A stretch of DNA of 64,000 bases from Salpingoeca rosetta (Eukaryota > Protista > Choanoflagellata): positions 1,664,293 through 1,728,292 of the forward strand of contig JAWQFM010000010.1 of assembly GCA_033442325.1 (NCBI GenBank). Direction: 5' to 3'. The notes beneath the pieces are model-generated. The model had not been told where the DNA came from. It did no database searches and was given only the letters and a program-made list of their open reading frames with translations. The position numbers were made by a program, and so were the translations under genes. Position 1 is the stretch's first letter; each line of letters begins with the position of its first letter. This document shows positions 16,901-37,642 of the stretch, in pieces.

Positions 16901-17794
16901 TACCGGTGTGAAGGTGCCAGCGCTGGCTTTGCCTGTGACGGGTATGGCGACCTCAAGAGCCCGTGTCAGGGCATTGCGTTCGCTCCCTCAGATGCGCAGA
17001 ATGAGTGCGAGTGCCACCGACACACATGCTACACGGGCCTGGTGGAGTTTGCTGAGGAAGGGGCTTTCTTAAACATTGAGAATGTGTGCAACCCAACAAC
17101 CACGAGAGTGGAAGGGGCAGTCGTTGCTGTCAGTTTAGACGAGTCGTGCACCTCCTTTGGGTCACTGGACGATTATGTGAACGCCACGTGCGGGTACCTG
17201 AATGCGGAGCATCCCAACGCCACGGGAACAAACGAGTGTGAGTGCAATGGAGGCACGTGCGAAATTGTTCCCGGTGCAAGCGGCACATGTCGAGGGTTTT
17301 ATGGCGGCAACTACCAGGCCTTGGTCTGGGCGGCGTTTGCGTCCATTGTCCTTGGCTCTATCGTATTTGTTGTTGAGACGTTGAGGAAGATGGTGGAGTA
17401 CTGGCGCAGGCGCAACATCGTTCACTTGGGCAATGAGTTGGCTGCTGATGGCCAGGCGGGAAAACCCGGCGTCATCCTCAATCCGGCGTTTGTCACTAAC
17501 GACGGCAATGATAATGGCAATGATAATGGCAACGGCGGGCAGAAACCAACAAGGAACCCTCCCCCGCCAGCAGATGCGGTGGAGATGGAACCGTGCGGCT
17601 GTATCGAAGTGGAAGACAGGGTATCGTTTGCGCTGAAACTGGTGCGATTGTTCTGTGAAGACATCCCGCAGCTCTCGGTGCAGGTCATTTATTTGACTGT
17701 CCTTGGACAAGAAGGCGAGCCATCAGCCATTGTGAGCTTGGTTGCGACATGTGTCTCCATCATCATCACCATCGTGTTCATCACGCGCGCTTAG
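10922..17794 (+). CDS. Intronless ~2290-aa leucine-rich-repeat multi-pass membrane protein (Cys module, ~70-75 22-aa LRRs, XK-like membrane domain)
   Basis: Uninterrupted ORF with first ATG at 10922. Hydrophobic signal-like segment FLCFALLLLHACLQAL. LRR consensus WPxxLxxLxLxxNxIxxIxxQx. Several hydrophobic helices at the C-terminus with FDMCTDW and EDIPQLSVQ motifs. Confidence 0.9.
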   Translation: MHTKTHALLRRRRGVVASAPSASAGSTDCLRSRATPRALQQQAQVQAQARRCSRGGLVPPAAATQRAVPPLRRGGFLCFALLLLHACLQALSNTGVLAQATLQDCTCATQWTTAGSGCSETIRIAGCGLVEPCGGPTPSFPTGYPYPPNTHFSSWCKLAASCGAFGSFDYCDPSEGVDLSGRGIASVSNFRFGPNVTDIDLSNNPIDDASLCDAHWPPFLATIDLSNTNLKNLSCLAALPAGVSIDISGNPLGNERLCSARWPDTLTTLTIQDANITDADIAACFVHTAKSALPNATDKLDLSYNGITQFADGAFPQELRDLSLAHNALTTLSGHNWKQTSITHLRLNGNKISSVVNNSFPAGLRNLYLNDNAITALSSSPNLWPPGLADLFLSDNSITSIAGQTWPVNITRLTLSNNLLMSIDNQTWPTRLQALTLYSNAITSVQAQTWPPTITLLRLDDNRLTSIAGQTWPSALQELQLFSNNIEALEGQVWPANLAYLNVENNRIDRLQGHVFPDTLLYLYARRNNITSVVNNTWPAHVEQLWLGYNNITFIDTLPASATDIRLNNNRISSVHGLTWPANLDTLYLSYNPLSSVDGQVWPTTLARLELEHTQITSISNQVFPDSLIYLYAQHSNINSISNVTWPSAMVDAWFSFNNIATVDAWPASVQRIRLDGNRITSIDDVLSAWPADLYYLDLDFNQLQHIHSQAFPDSLLYLYVSSNNLTSVTNVTWPAAMQEIALSNNSLTSTAVNSFPATVSSLRLDRNRFQQVPAAPLPAGLTGLTLAWNSITSIANQSWPPTLTTLDLSRNNIASIDGQQWSSAMSLLILSHNAIASLAGQAWPPALEQLDLQANNISDVSNPTWPATLFGLFLQHNRITSLDNVALPSNVESVNLFNNSITSIPANVSWPPAAENIYLQDNAITAIGEQHHWPPSLMDLFLHRNSIRQVDHLVWPSTLRRLSLANNSIATVTTPWPEELTLLYLAGNVLSTFDHHVWPQSLRFLTLDNNNLTSVRNQTWPPTLEFLSLTNNTLGFDGIYNQSWPQTLTQLFLDGTGIGDISTQRWPYTLTTLRLDRNNISNLSGQQWPRSLSELTLSFNAIADISTQVWPDTLTALLLDNNRISTLDGVSWPRSLKLLHLHNNTIARLGPQVWPLRLDLLRLENNNLTQVSVQQWPQTLRRLSLGYNSIRTLPIMSWPGSLELLDLADNALTRLGQQLWPSSLRNLLLANNSLPTIDDQVFPPQLETLFLHNNLLTSLPSAPGFWPADLRVLSLPHNYITSIDGQHWPMRLQSLHLQNNSFASIDDQQWPPHLEDLSLEQNGITSIANQQWPATLRTLWLHNNPLGSIQGQQWPAGLKLLHLQATDIDDIESQQWPESLEELHLGGNAICDIATQTWPSTLRILSLSDNCISDIENQAWPRNLEELTIDGNRISTIRTQVWPASLETLSLSENFIQDIEGQVWPERLLRFYFAQNLLTSLVGQTWPEGLLLLALYDNAITQLGVQHWPETLVDLNLNANALTTVDDQTWPASLRKLSLNDNMLQRFNADTLPRALERLGLANNRITSIDSTRWPNQLRILSLESNLITDISQQEWPSAQPLTLRLSDNRITSISSVTWPPFLTGLGLDGNEITSIKGQAWPSQLVVLYLHNNLIDSTSNQAWPATIRVLTLGGNRLTTVANQRWPIALEQLRLDNNAISVIGRQAWPPGLVDLRLGRNAITFNDTDSRAAFRNATSLLVLDLSSNDIQSLDGVVLPPSLQQLALTNNRLGNLSQHVQWPTQLSLLILDANPWDALIQGRAKARLRTGQAITALTHNLPCSLEELSINHGAQPWNCTREAVPADDCDDLRLAAGVCTADGIDGACVIRNTTSATTSPTMNGTGGAQQQEQYIWTCRLTEDGEAILKAQDVVRTDTSQQAESRTNAFYGVIAGVCGGAAVLLFWLFRKQATKLWMLLVIISLFDMCTDWGFWGIALTATGFKDSYNCVTSEPVYRCEGASAGFACDGYGDLKSPCQGIAFAPSDAQNECECHRHTCYTGLVEFAEEGAFLNIENVCNPTTTRVEGAVVAVSLDESCTSFGSLDDYVNATCGYLNAEHPNATGTNECECNGGTCEIVPGASGTCRGFYGGNYQALVWAAFASIVLGSIVFVVETLRKMVEYWRRRNIVHLGNELAADGQAGKPGVILNPAFVTNDGNDNGNDNGNGGQKPTRNPPPPADAVEMEPCGCIEVEDRVSFALKLVRLFCEDIPQLSVQVIYLTVLGQEGEPSAIVSLVATCVSIIITIVFITRA

Positions 17795-18069
17795 GCGCTG
17801 TGTGTGTGTGTGTGTGTCGAATAGTATTCGTGAATGGCCATGTGTGGCTCTGTCAGTGTGCCTGAGTGTTTGAGGGTGATGCTGTTCTTGGTTCTCTTGT
17901 TTGTTTGCAAACAAGTGAGCATTTTGCTTTATTCTTGCTGCTTCCGTGATGTGACACTGAGTGAAAGGACATCATGGACGAAGCTACAACTTGAGCCTTC
18001 ATGTTATTATGCTAACTTGTGGCTTGAGCCACGCTAAGAACCAGCCACTCCGCGCAACAACCCAGCACG

Positions 18070-18137
<68 letters not shown>

Positions 18138-18162
18138 AAGCGGTGCTGGCTGACTTAAGGAT

Positions 18163-21341
<3,179 letters not shown>

Positions 21342-21547
21342 CCTGCTCCGTGCTTCCTCTTCAGCGCGCGCGCGTTGTTGTACTGTGGTCGTGGATGCAG
21401 TGAGTTGCTGTAGCTTGTGTGACAATTGCACCTCGCTTGTGTGATGTGATTGCACCTCGCCCGCCACGTCCCTGGCCACTGCGTCCGAATTGCTTGCTTG
21501 GTGATGATTGTGGAGTTTATCGTTGGTGTTGTGATGGGTTGCAATCA

Positions 21548-21624
<77 letters not shown>

Positions 21625-21839
21625 CACACACACACACTCACACACACACACTCACACACACACACAAACAAACAAAGGGAACGCACAACACTGAAGGACG
21701 ACAACAAACAACATGACAAGACAGGGAGGAGGGCGTGGTAACGGTTGCTCTGCTCCTCGCTGCTGTGGTGATCACGGGAACTGTCACGGTGTTGTAGCGA
21801 TCAACGTGGTGCAAGCACCTGTCCGGGGGAGGCGGCGCT

Positions 21840-22262
21840 TCAGTCGGTGATGGCGACCTGGGTCTTGGCCTTCTTGGCGCTCTGGGGTGGCTTGGGCACC
21901 TCGATGCGCAGCTGGCCGTTGTCGAACTTGGCCTTGACCTTGCTGGCGTCGACGCCCTCCGGGAGGCGGAAGCTGCGCTGGAAGGAGCCGTAGTGGCGCT
22001 CAACGCGGTGCACCTTGTCGTCCTTCTGCTCCTGTTTGCTCTTGCGCTCGCCAGAGACGGTGAGAACGTCGTTCTCCACGTCAATCTTGACGTCGTCCTT
22101 GGACATGCCGGGCGTGTCCATGGTGAAGATGTGCGCGTCCTTGCTCTCCACAATGTCGCACGAGCCGAGCATGTTCCAGCGCTGCTGCTCCTCCTGCGCG
22201 CGGCGGAAGGGGAGCAGGTCCCAGCTGTCGAAGAAGGGGTCGCGGTACAGGGAAAGGCTCAT
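21840..22262 (-). CDS. Small heat-shock protein (HSP20/alpha-crystallin domain), intronless, 140 aa
   Basis: MSLSLYRDPFFDSW..., CDIVESKDAHIFTMDTPGMSKDDVKIDVENDVLTVSGERK, VERHYGSFQRSFRLPEGVDASKVKAKFDNGQLRIEVPK, and C-terminal V-x-I motif. Confidence 0.95.
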   Translation of the reverse strand: MSLSLYRDPFFDSWDLLPFRRAQEEQQRWNMLGSCDIVESKDAHIFTMDTPGMSKDDVKIDVENDVLTVSGERKSKQEQKDDKVHRVERHYGSFQRSFRLPEGVDASKVKAKFDNGQLRIEVPKPPQSAKKAKTQVAITD

Positions 22263-22375
22263 GGTTCTGGCTTGCGCGTACTTGGAAAGCGGGCCGCGTA
22301 CGATGGGCGAGAGAACACTCCGAAGGAGGGATATGGCTGCGGTCACTGGCGGCAAAGAGGAAACAGGCACGGGGT

Positions 22376-22711
22376 CGAACGTTCGTCGTCTTCTTGTTCC
22401 TGGTCTTGCTCTTGATTGGCGATGAAGAAAATGACTGCTCGCCCTCACCGCTCTCCGCTTGTACCCCGAAATCTGAGCAGCAGTGGCAGCTTCACTTTCT
22501 GTTGCTGTTGCTGTTAGTTCTGCCAGCCAACTGTTGCTTCAGCGCATGTTTCTCCTGCATTGCTAGGTTCGCGGCTCGCTTCTACAGCTTTCTTGGGCGT
22601 TCTGGCTGCTGCTGAAGCAACTCAGGGGCGGGTATTGCTTCTGCTCATGTTTCAGCAGTGAGACAGGTGTGTCTTTCGGGGTTGGTGTGTGTGTGTGCGT
22701 GTGTGTGCGTG

Positions 22712-22765
<54 letters not shown>

Positions 22766-23025
22766 GCTTTCTGGATCTCTCTGCACAAGTGTTGCATCGA
22801 GCAACCTCCCAGCCACACCAACCACCACACTGGACTGTTGCGTTTGCGTTGGACGCATTGATTGCGCACACGTTTTGCTGAATTTTGGTGTATATCTTCA
22901 ACCAAACATCTACAGACAAGCAACACAAGCAGCGTCAAACCTGTTCACCCTCGCCCCTCGCCCCCGCCCCCGATTTCTCTCTCTCGCCGTGCACGCGCGT
23001 GCGGGTGAAGGTTCTGGAGAGTTCG
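22376..23025. promoter_or_regulatory. Candidate heat-shock elements upstream of HSP20
   Basis: cGAAc-gTTCg at 22376-22385; TTC at 22580, 22590 and 22600 (10-bp step-type spacing); tGAAg-gTTCt-gGAGa-gTTCg at 23006-23025. Confidence 0.55.
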
Positions 23026-23054
23026 ATGTGCTGCCAGGCATGCTCGCATTGTCC

Positions 23055-26625
<3,571 letters not shown>

Positions 26626-26874
26626 GACTGCTTGGCTGGATGGATGGACGTGGGGTGGCTGGATGGATGGATGGATGGACGGGTGGACGCGCTCAGTACC
26701 TTCCCCTTCCTGCTTCGTGGTCGTCGTTCGCAGTGAAAACAAGGCACGAAAAGTACATCAAATCATTCGCCATTCCTCCACAACCACCTCCAGCCACTGC
26801 CACCACAACAACACAAACACAGCACAAACACACAAACACACAACATACAACACAAACAACAACGCGGGCACGAC

Positions 26875-29800
26875 ATGATGATGCGGGCGGCATTCGCACT
26901 GCTGCTGGTTGCGCTGGCGGTGGCGCCGTCCCAGTACGGCGCGCTTGCATATGTGCGCGATACTCCTTATCGTGAGCTGGTGCCACAGCGGTTCCAGTAC
27001 AAGTCGCAGACGCCCATTGAGGGCTTCAACCAGCTCAGCTTCAACGCCATCCATGCCATCGATGGCTGCACCGTGCTCGACAGTCAGGGCTGGCTCCTCG
27101 CCACAGAGCTCGGCCTCACATGGTTTACCCGCTCAAACGTGAACAAGTTCATCCCTGTCCAAGGCGAGAGCATCGACTGGGCGTCATCACGCCTCCTGTG
27201 TGCACAGGACAACCACGTGTTTGTTCTCGATGCCACAACCGCATACTTGATCGCCATCGACGACACAGAGGTCAGACACCACCTTGTTTCCCTGCACATA
27301 TCGAACACACACTCACACACATACGCGCTCTCTAACGCGCGCACATGAAATATTGCTCAACACAACATGCAAATCAGTGCTTCTGCTCTTCAACACCATC
27401 GCTACACTCTTCTACTTGTACACGCCCTCAACCAACGCGCGCGCACACACACACACGCCCACACACACCCACGCCCACACATTCCCACACTCACGCACAC
27501 ATTCCCACGCCCACACATTCCCACACTCACGCACTCACGCACTCATGCACACATGGACACGTGTGATATTGCAGCACGGAAGCGTGCAGTGGAAGGTGCC
27601 ACATTATCTGACGAGTGTCAACGACGTGTGCTACGATGGCCAACGGCTGTGGATCGCCAGTGGCAACGGCACTGTCACGCTGAGCACCAAGACACAAGTG
27701 CTGTCCATCGCGGACGACCGCGAGGCGACCGCCGTTGCCTGCAAGCAAGGCGCCAAGGAGGCGTTCTCCGGCGGGCCCGCGTCCGTGCAGACCTTTGACG
27801 CCGACGCCAGGCTGGTGCGCTGGGACTGGGTGACCAACATCACGAGCGCCGCTGGCGGCGTGTACGACGGGCCCGTGACGAGCATGGCGCTTGACGATGA
27901 CGGCGTGCTGTACGTGGGCACACCGGTTGCCATCAACGCCCGCCAGCCCGCCACCGCCACCGTGAGCCGCTTCGACTACCAGCAGGGGCTCCCCATGAAC
28001 AACACGCAGATTGTGGCGGTGGAGGCTGGCGGCACGCAGGCGCTGTGGGCGGCGTCGCCATCTGCAACCATGCGGCTCTCGCCGGAACTGAGCCAGAGCC
28101 CCGGGGAGGTGATGCCTGGCCAGTGGCGGTACTTCCAAGGGCCGCGCTACCTGCTGGGCAAGAGCGCAGTCTTTCTCATGGACACGACGTACGCCAACCA
28201 GACGGTGGTGGTGACGGACGGCGGGCTGGTGGTCTTGGAGTGGCAGTGGTGGACGCTGGCAGCCAAGGCCGACCACTACGAGACGATCCTCAGCCGCCAC
28301 ATCCGCCACGGCATGGTGTCGGACTGCAACCTCAAGTCGTATGGCAACGCCACCTCCTGCACCAACGGGCCCTCGGACAACAACGGCCTGTGGACGTCGC
28401 TGCTTGTGGTGGCGGAGGCGTACAAGTACGCGCTGAGCCCAACACCGCAGCAGAAGGCGCGCGTGGCGGAGGTGTTCAAGGGCATGAAGCTGCTTGTCGA
28501 CGTGACGGGCGTGCGCGGGCTGATGGCGCGGTCGGCCGTGTCACCGAGCGAACCCACACCGTCTGGCGGTGTCTGGCACAACAGCACCAACCCCAAGTAC
28601 AAGGGGTGGCTGTGGAAGGGCGACGCGAGCAGCGACGAGGTTGTTGGGCACATGTTTGCGTACCCAGCGGTGATTGCAGCCATGCCCAACACGACTGAGG
28701 CTGACGACGCGTTGCAGCTGATGGAGGACATTGTGTCCTACATTGTGAAGAACAAGTTTCTCCTCATTGATGTCACGGGCAACCACACCCGCTGGGGCGT
28801 CTGGGCTCCAGACTACCTCAACCACGAGTGAGATGTTTGTGTGTATGTTTGTTTGTGTGTGTGTGTGTGTGTGTCTGTGTGTGTGTGTGTGTGTCTGTGT
28901 GTGTGTCTGTGTGTGTGTGTGTTTGTAATATGTGTGTGTGTCTGTGCGTGTGTGCGTTTGTTCACACGCAAGACACCAACGGGGGCGGTTTGATTGGTAT
29001 TGTGGCACAGCACAATCACACACACACACACACACTCACACACATGCGCACCTGCGTGTGTGTTGCTGACACGACCACCACCTGTTTGTCCGCCTTTTCA
29101 GCCGCGATTGGAGCGACGAGCGCGGTCTCAACGCAATGCAGATCCTCGCATACGTCTCCGCCCTCGCAGCATACTCCCCGTACGCCCGCGCTGCACTGTG
29201 GCCTGCTTTGTGTCTGTGTGTCTGTCTGTGTCTGTCTGTGTCTGTGTCTGTGTCTGTGTCTGTGCGTGTGCTGAACTCTGTTTATTCCTGCGTATTCGAG
29301 GCGACATCACTCATGAACGCTTGCCTTCCTTTGCGTGCGATAGGAACCCTGACATGCAGAAGCTGGCGAAGACCGCATACAACGAGCTCACAAACGCCAC
29401 GAACCAGGTGGGATTACGAACCCCACACGCAGCAGCACGCGTGCATCATTATGCCTGAGCGCCTTGTGGTTTGCTCTCCGTCCAGTGGGCCCGCTCATAC
29501 TTGGTCGTTTCACATTTTACCCTCACCACAACCGCCACCACCAACACCATCGCGACGACCCTCATTACAATCATCCCCACCATTACTTACCCCCCCCCCT
29601 CCCACGCCAACACTACGATTCACCATTCAACAGTACGATAAGAACATGATCAACCTGAAGATTGAGTCGCCCGACGACGACAACTACAGCGACGACGAGC
29701 TGACATTCCTTCCCTACTACACCTTCCTCGGCGCCGCGGCCAAGGCCCCCTACTTCGACTCGCCCGCCCTCCACACCAGCTTTGACCGCACGTGGTCTGC

Positions 29801-29935
29801 TGTGCGCCGCCTCAGCTCGGCAGCGTGGACCAGCATGTACGTGGGCCGCGGTGGCAAGGACTACACCGAGGACGACCTCAACGCCATGCTATGGTGCGTT
29901 CTCAGTACGTGTGCGTGTATGTGCGTGCGCGTGTT

Positions 29936-29996
<61 letters not shown>

Positions 29997-30729
29997 TGCG
30001 TGCGTGTGTTCAGTGTGTGTTCAGCGTGTGTGTGTGTGTGTGTGCGTGTGCACTCTGTGAGTGCATGTGTGAGTGTGCATGTGTGAGTGTACATGTGTGT
30101 GCACCCATGCCAATGCTGTCTGCGTGCGTGCTTGCTTACATGTGTGAACATAGCGTGCAACATATGTAGAGGTCTCCCCGACGCAAACCTCCCACCCTGT
30201 CCACCACGTGCACTGCCACCCTATGCTACAGGAACCTGCGTACGTGGCCGCTGGAGCTGATCAGCTGGCCCGTCAAGAACTCGGACCGCCGCGACATTGT
30301 CCTCGACATTGAGGCAGACCGCTCCGGACGAGTGGGCGGCGACTCGGTCCGTCACGCACACACACACATGCACACAAACAGGCGAACAAACAATACGCGC
30401 TTACCTGCTCACGAACGCACACAGATCACGCACACAAAAACACACACACACACGCACATAACACACACATTTACACGCACAACACTCACATACAATAACA
30501 CGCACACACACTCACACACACACAAACACTCAAACACTCACGCAACTGCTCTCCCTCTCTCCCAAATGCGTTGCAGACGTTCAAGGTGCTGCCTGCGAAC
30601 GAGCGGCCACAGCTGCGCTGGAACAGCAACCCGCACGACCTCGATGGCGGGAGCGGCATGTCTGAGGGCGACCCTGGCGCATGGCTCTGGCCATACTGGA
30701 TCGCTCGCTACCACGGCCTCATCGTCTGA
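26875..30729 (+). CDS. Secreted protein with beta-propeller-like N-half and six-hairpin-glycosidase-like helical C-half; bacterial-type uncharacterised family
   Basis: Signal peptide MMMRAAFALLLVALAVAPS; beta-rich repeats (LWIASGNG, LYVGTP, GLPMNN); motifs SDNNGLWTS, GVRGLMARS, WKGDASSDEVVGH, HTRWGVW; ends WLWPYWIARYHGLIV*. About seven exons joined by GT-AG introns. Confidence 0.8.
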
Positions 30730-31101
30730 TTACCCTCCCTCTTGCTGGATGATGGGGTGCACAGCGTTGCCAGCCAGCGTTTTGTGTTTCTGTGTGTCGT
30801 GTTCTTGCTCGTTTGTGAGCACGGCCTTTGCTTGCTCTCTTTTGTCTTGCATCTCTTTCCCTCTGTTCGCGTCAACTCCATGTTTGATTCGTTGCAACAG
30901 TGTGGCAGTTGTGTGCTTCATTCACAATAAGCAAGCAAGCAAACAAACAAAGCGACGCAGCCAGCAAGCAAGCAAGCGACGCAGTGTGGCGACAACTAGA
31001 TGCACAACCAAACCACACACCAAAACACAAACAAACAGGGTGGATTGTTCGTATGTGTTATTGCAAATTTTCCGCATAACAGGCACAGACAAACAACAGC
31101 C

Positions 31102-35762
<4,661 letters not shown>

Positions 35763-36484
35763 TGCGCACGTGCACGCAGCCAACTACCGCTGCTATCTCC
35801 ACCACCACTCGCTTTATGTCGATTCTAACCCACTTGCCCACACCAACCCACTTTTGGTATTTTGTCTTGTGTCTGATCATTTCCATGTTGAGTTGCGGTT
35901 TCATTTCGTCTGTATTTGCTTCTGTCACCAGCCAAGCAGACACAGTAAAGGGAACCGTAACTGAGTCACCAAGTTCACTCAGATGACCAGTGCTTCCAAA
36001 ACAAAACAACGAGCACTCACATCAGAGTTGATGACACAAACACGTGAGGATGATCGTCATTCAGCGCAAGACACTATCATGCCAGCGTCCATTGAAGCAA
36101 TGGCCGTCTAAAAAGGAGGGGGCGGAAGTGTGTGGATGCAAACACACGACGGCCGTTTTATCTCCTGTTGCGCCTGCCTGCTTGCTTCTCTTGGTGCTCG
36201 TCGTCGTGTGCTCGTTGTGTGCATGTGCCTCTGCGTCCGTGAGCGTTGGCGCTTCTCCAAGCCGTAGCGTGTGGCGGAGCTGCGGCCATCTGGCAATGGC
36301 CAACACCCATCAGGTCATCTGCCATCAGTGAGTGCATCCGCCACCGGCAAGGGCGCGATGGCTGTGGCCTGCGCTACGCACACCCGTGCCTACAGAGCCC
36401 GAGCCCTGTACCCGATGGCGGGTGAGGAGGGCATGTTGCCTCGCGGGAATCGCGTGTCGCTGCTGCTACTTGGCTTCTTGGCGG

Positions 36485-37642
36485 TTATGTGGCATCCGCT
36501 GCCCATGCGCCGGGCGCGTAGAGGAAGCCAAACATGCCGTCAGCATCGCTGCCGGCGCCGCCACTGTTGCTGCCGTGCTGGCATCCGTAATGGAAGAAGT
36601 ACTGCTGCTGCTCTTGCTGCTGCTGGTTGTGGAAGTCGCTGTACTCTGCGCTGTCGTACCCGTCAAACCAGCCGCAGTCACAGCTGCTGCTGCTGCCCTC
36701 GCCGCCATCCACGCAGTTGGCGCCATAGCAGGTGGTGAAGGGTGCGGAGAAGCAAAACTTGTCGGCGCCGTCGTCGTCATCGGCCGTAGCGGCAGAAATG
36801 CTGCTGCTGCCCAAGGTGTACGCCTCATCATGCAACCGCAGTCGTTCTTGTTGTTGTGGCTGCTGCTGTGGCAGCTGTTGCTCTTGCTGGTAGTGGCGTG
36901 TGTCCACTGGACAGCTGGCTTGGCCGGGCTCGCCGGCTGTGTCCATGCAGTCACTGGCAGACACGGTGGCTGTGGTGCAGGGCTGTGTGGTGTTGGCGGA
37001 GAGCGGGCCGCGCAGCAAGTACATGCTCTCCAGCCGTGCCTCGTTCCAGTCCGGCGAGCCAACGGCAAACACGTCGCCGCCCTCGTCCTCCCCCTCCTCC
37101 TCTTCCTCCTCCTCGTGCATCATCATGTCGTCCTCGCACTGGCTGCCAAGGTGGGTGTGGCGATCAAAGTAGCGCTGGCGCAAGCGGCGGCGCTGTTGGC
37201 GTTGGCGGCACGAGGTCGCGCTCGCAGCCATGACAGAGGAGGAAGTGGTGGTGGCGGTGCTGGTGCTGTCGTCGGTGCTATCGAAGACGTCGTCGCCAGC
37301 GTCTGGGGACGCGAGGTTGGAGAGGGTGGCGGCCTCAAAGAGGGCGTCCAGGCTGTCCGAGGTGTAGTGCTCCTCGGTTGTGTCCTCGTCGTTGTGCACG
37401 CTGTTGATGGCAGACACGGGGAGGGCCAGGTGCGCTGCGCAGGAGCCGCGGCGCTGGGCCAGGCTGGAGATGGGCCGTGGCTTGTTCAGCTGCAGGCGCG
37501 GCAGCTGTGGCGCAGACCTGGTCTTGGTCATGATTGGATGAGGCGCCTTCTTGGCGCTGCTGCCGGTGGTGGTGCTGTTGGTGTTGACGTTCGCGTGAGC
37601 GTTGGTGTCGGCGGCAGATGAGGGCATCATGGTGATCATCAT
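36485..37642 (-). CDS. Hypothetical intronless low-complexity protein (385 aa; Ser/Thr/acidic/Gln-rich)
   Basis: Long ORF free of dinucleotide microsatellites, with coding-like GC. No recognisable domain. Contains TRSAP, RRGS, acidic runs and VFAVGSPDWNEARLESMYLL. Confidence 0.55.
   Translation of the reverse strand: MMITMMPSSAADTNAHANVNTNSTTTGSSAKKAPHPIMTKTRSAPQLPRLQLNKPRPISSLAQRRGSCAAHLALPVSAINSVHNDEDTTEEHYTSDSLDALFEAATLSNLASPDAGDDVFDSTDDSTSTATTTSSSVMAASATSCRQRQQRRRLRQRYFDRHTHLGSQCEDDMMMHEEEEEEEGEDEGGDVFAVGSPDWNEARLESMYLLRGPLSANTTQPCTTATVSASDCMDTAGEPGQASCPVDTRHYQQEQQLPQQQPQQQERLRLHDEAYTLGSSSISAATADDDDGADKFCFSAPFTTCYGANCVDGGEGSSSSCDCGWFDGYDSAEYSDFHNQQQQEQQQYFFHYGCQHGSNSGGAGSDADGMFGFLYAPGAWAADAT

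Noticed and set aside
36332-37621. 429-aa plus-strand ORF
   Set aside because: It is the antisense shadow of the minus-strand 385-aa ORF, has a non-ATG start and has a composition typical of reverse-frame translation.
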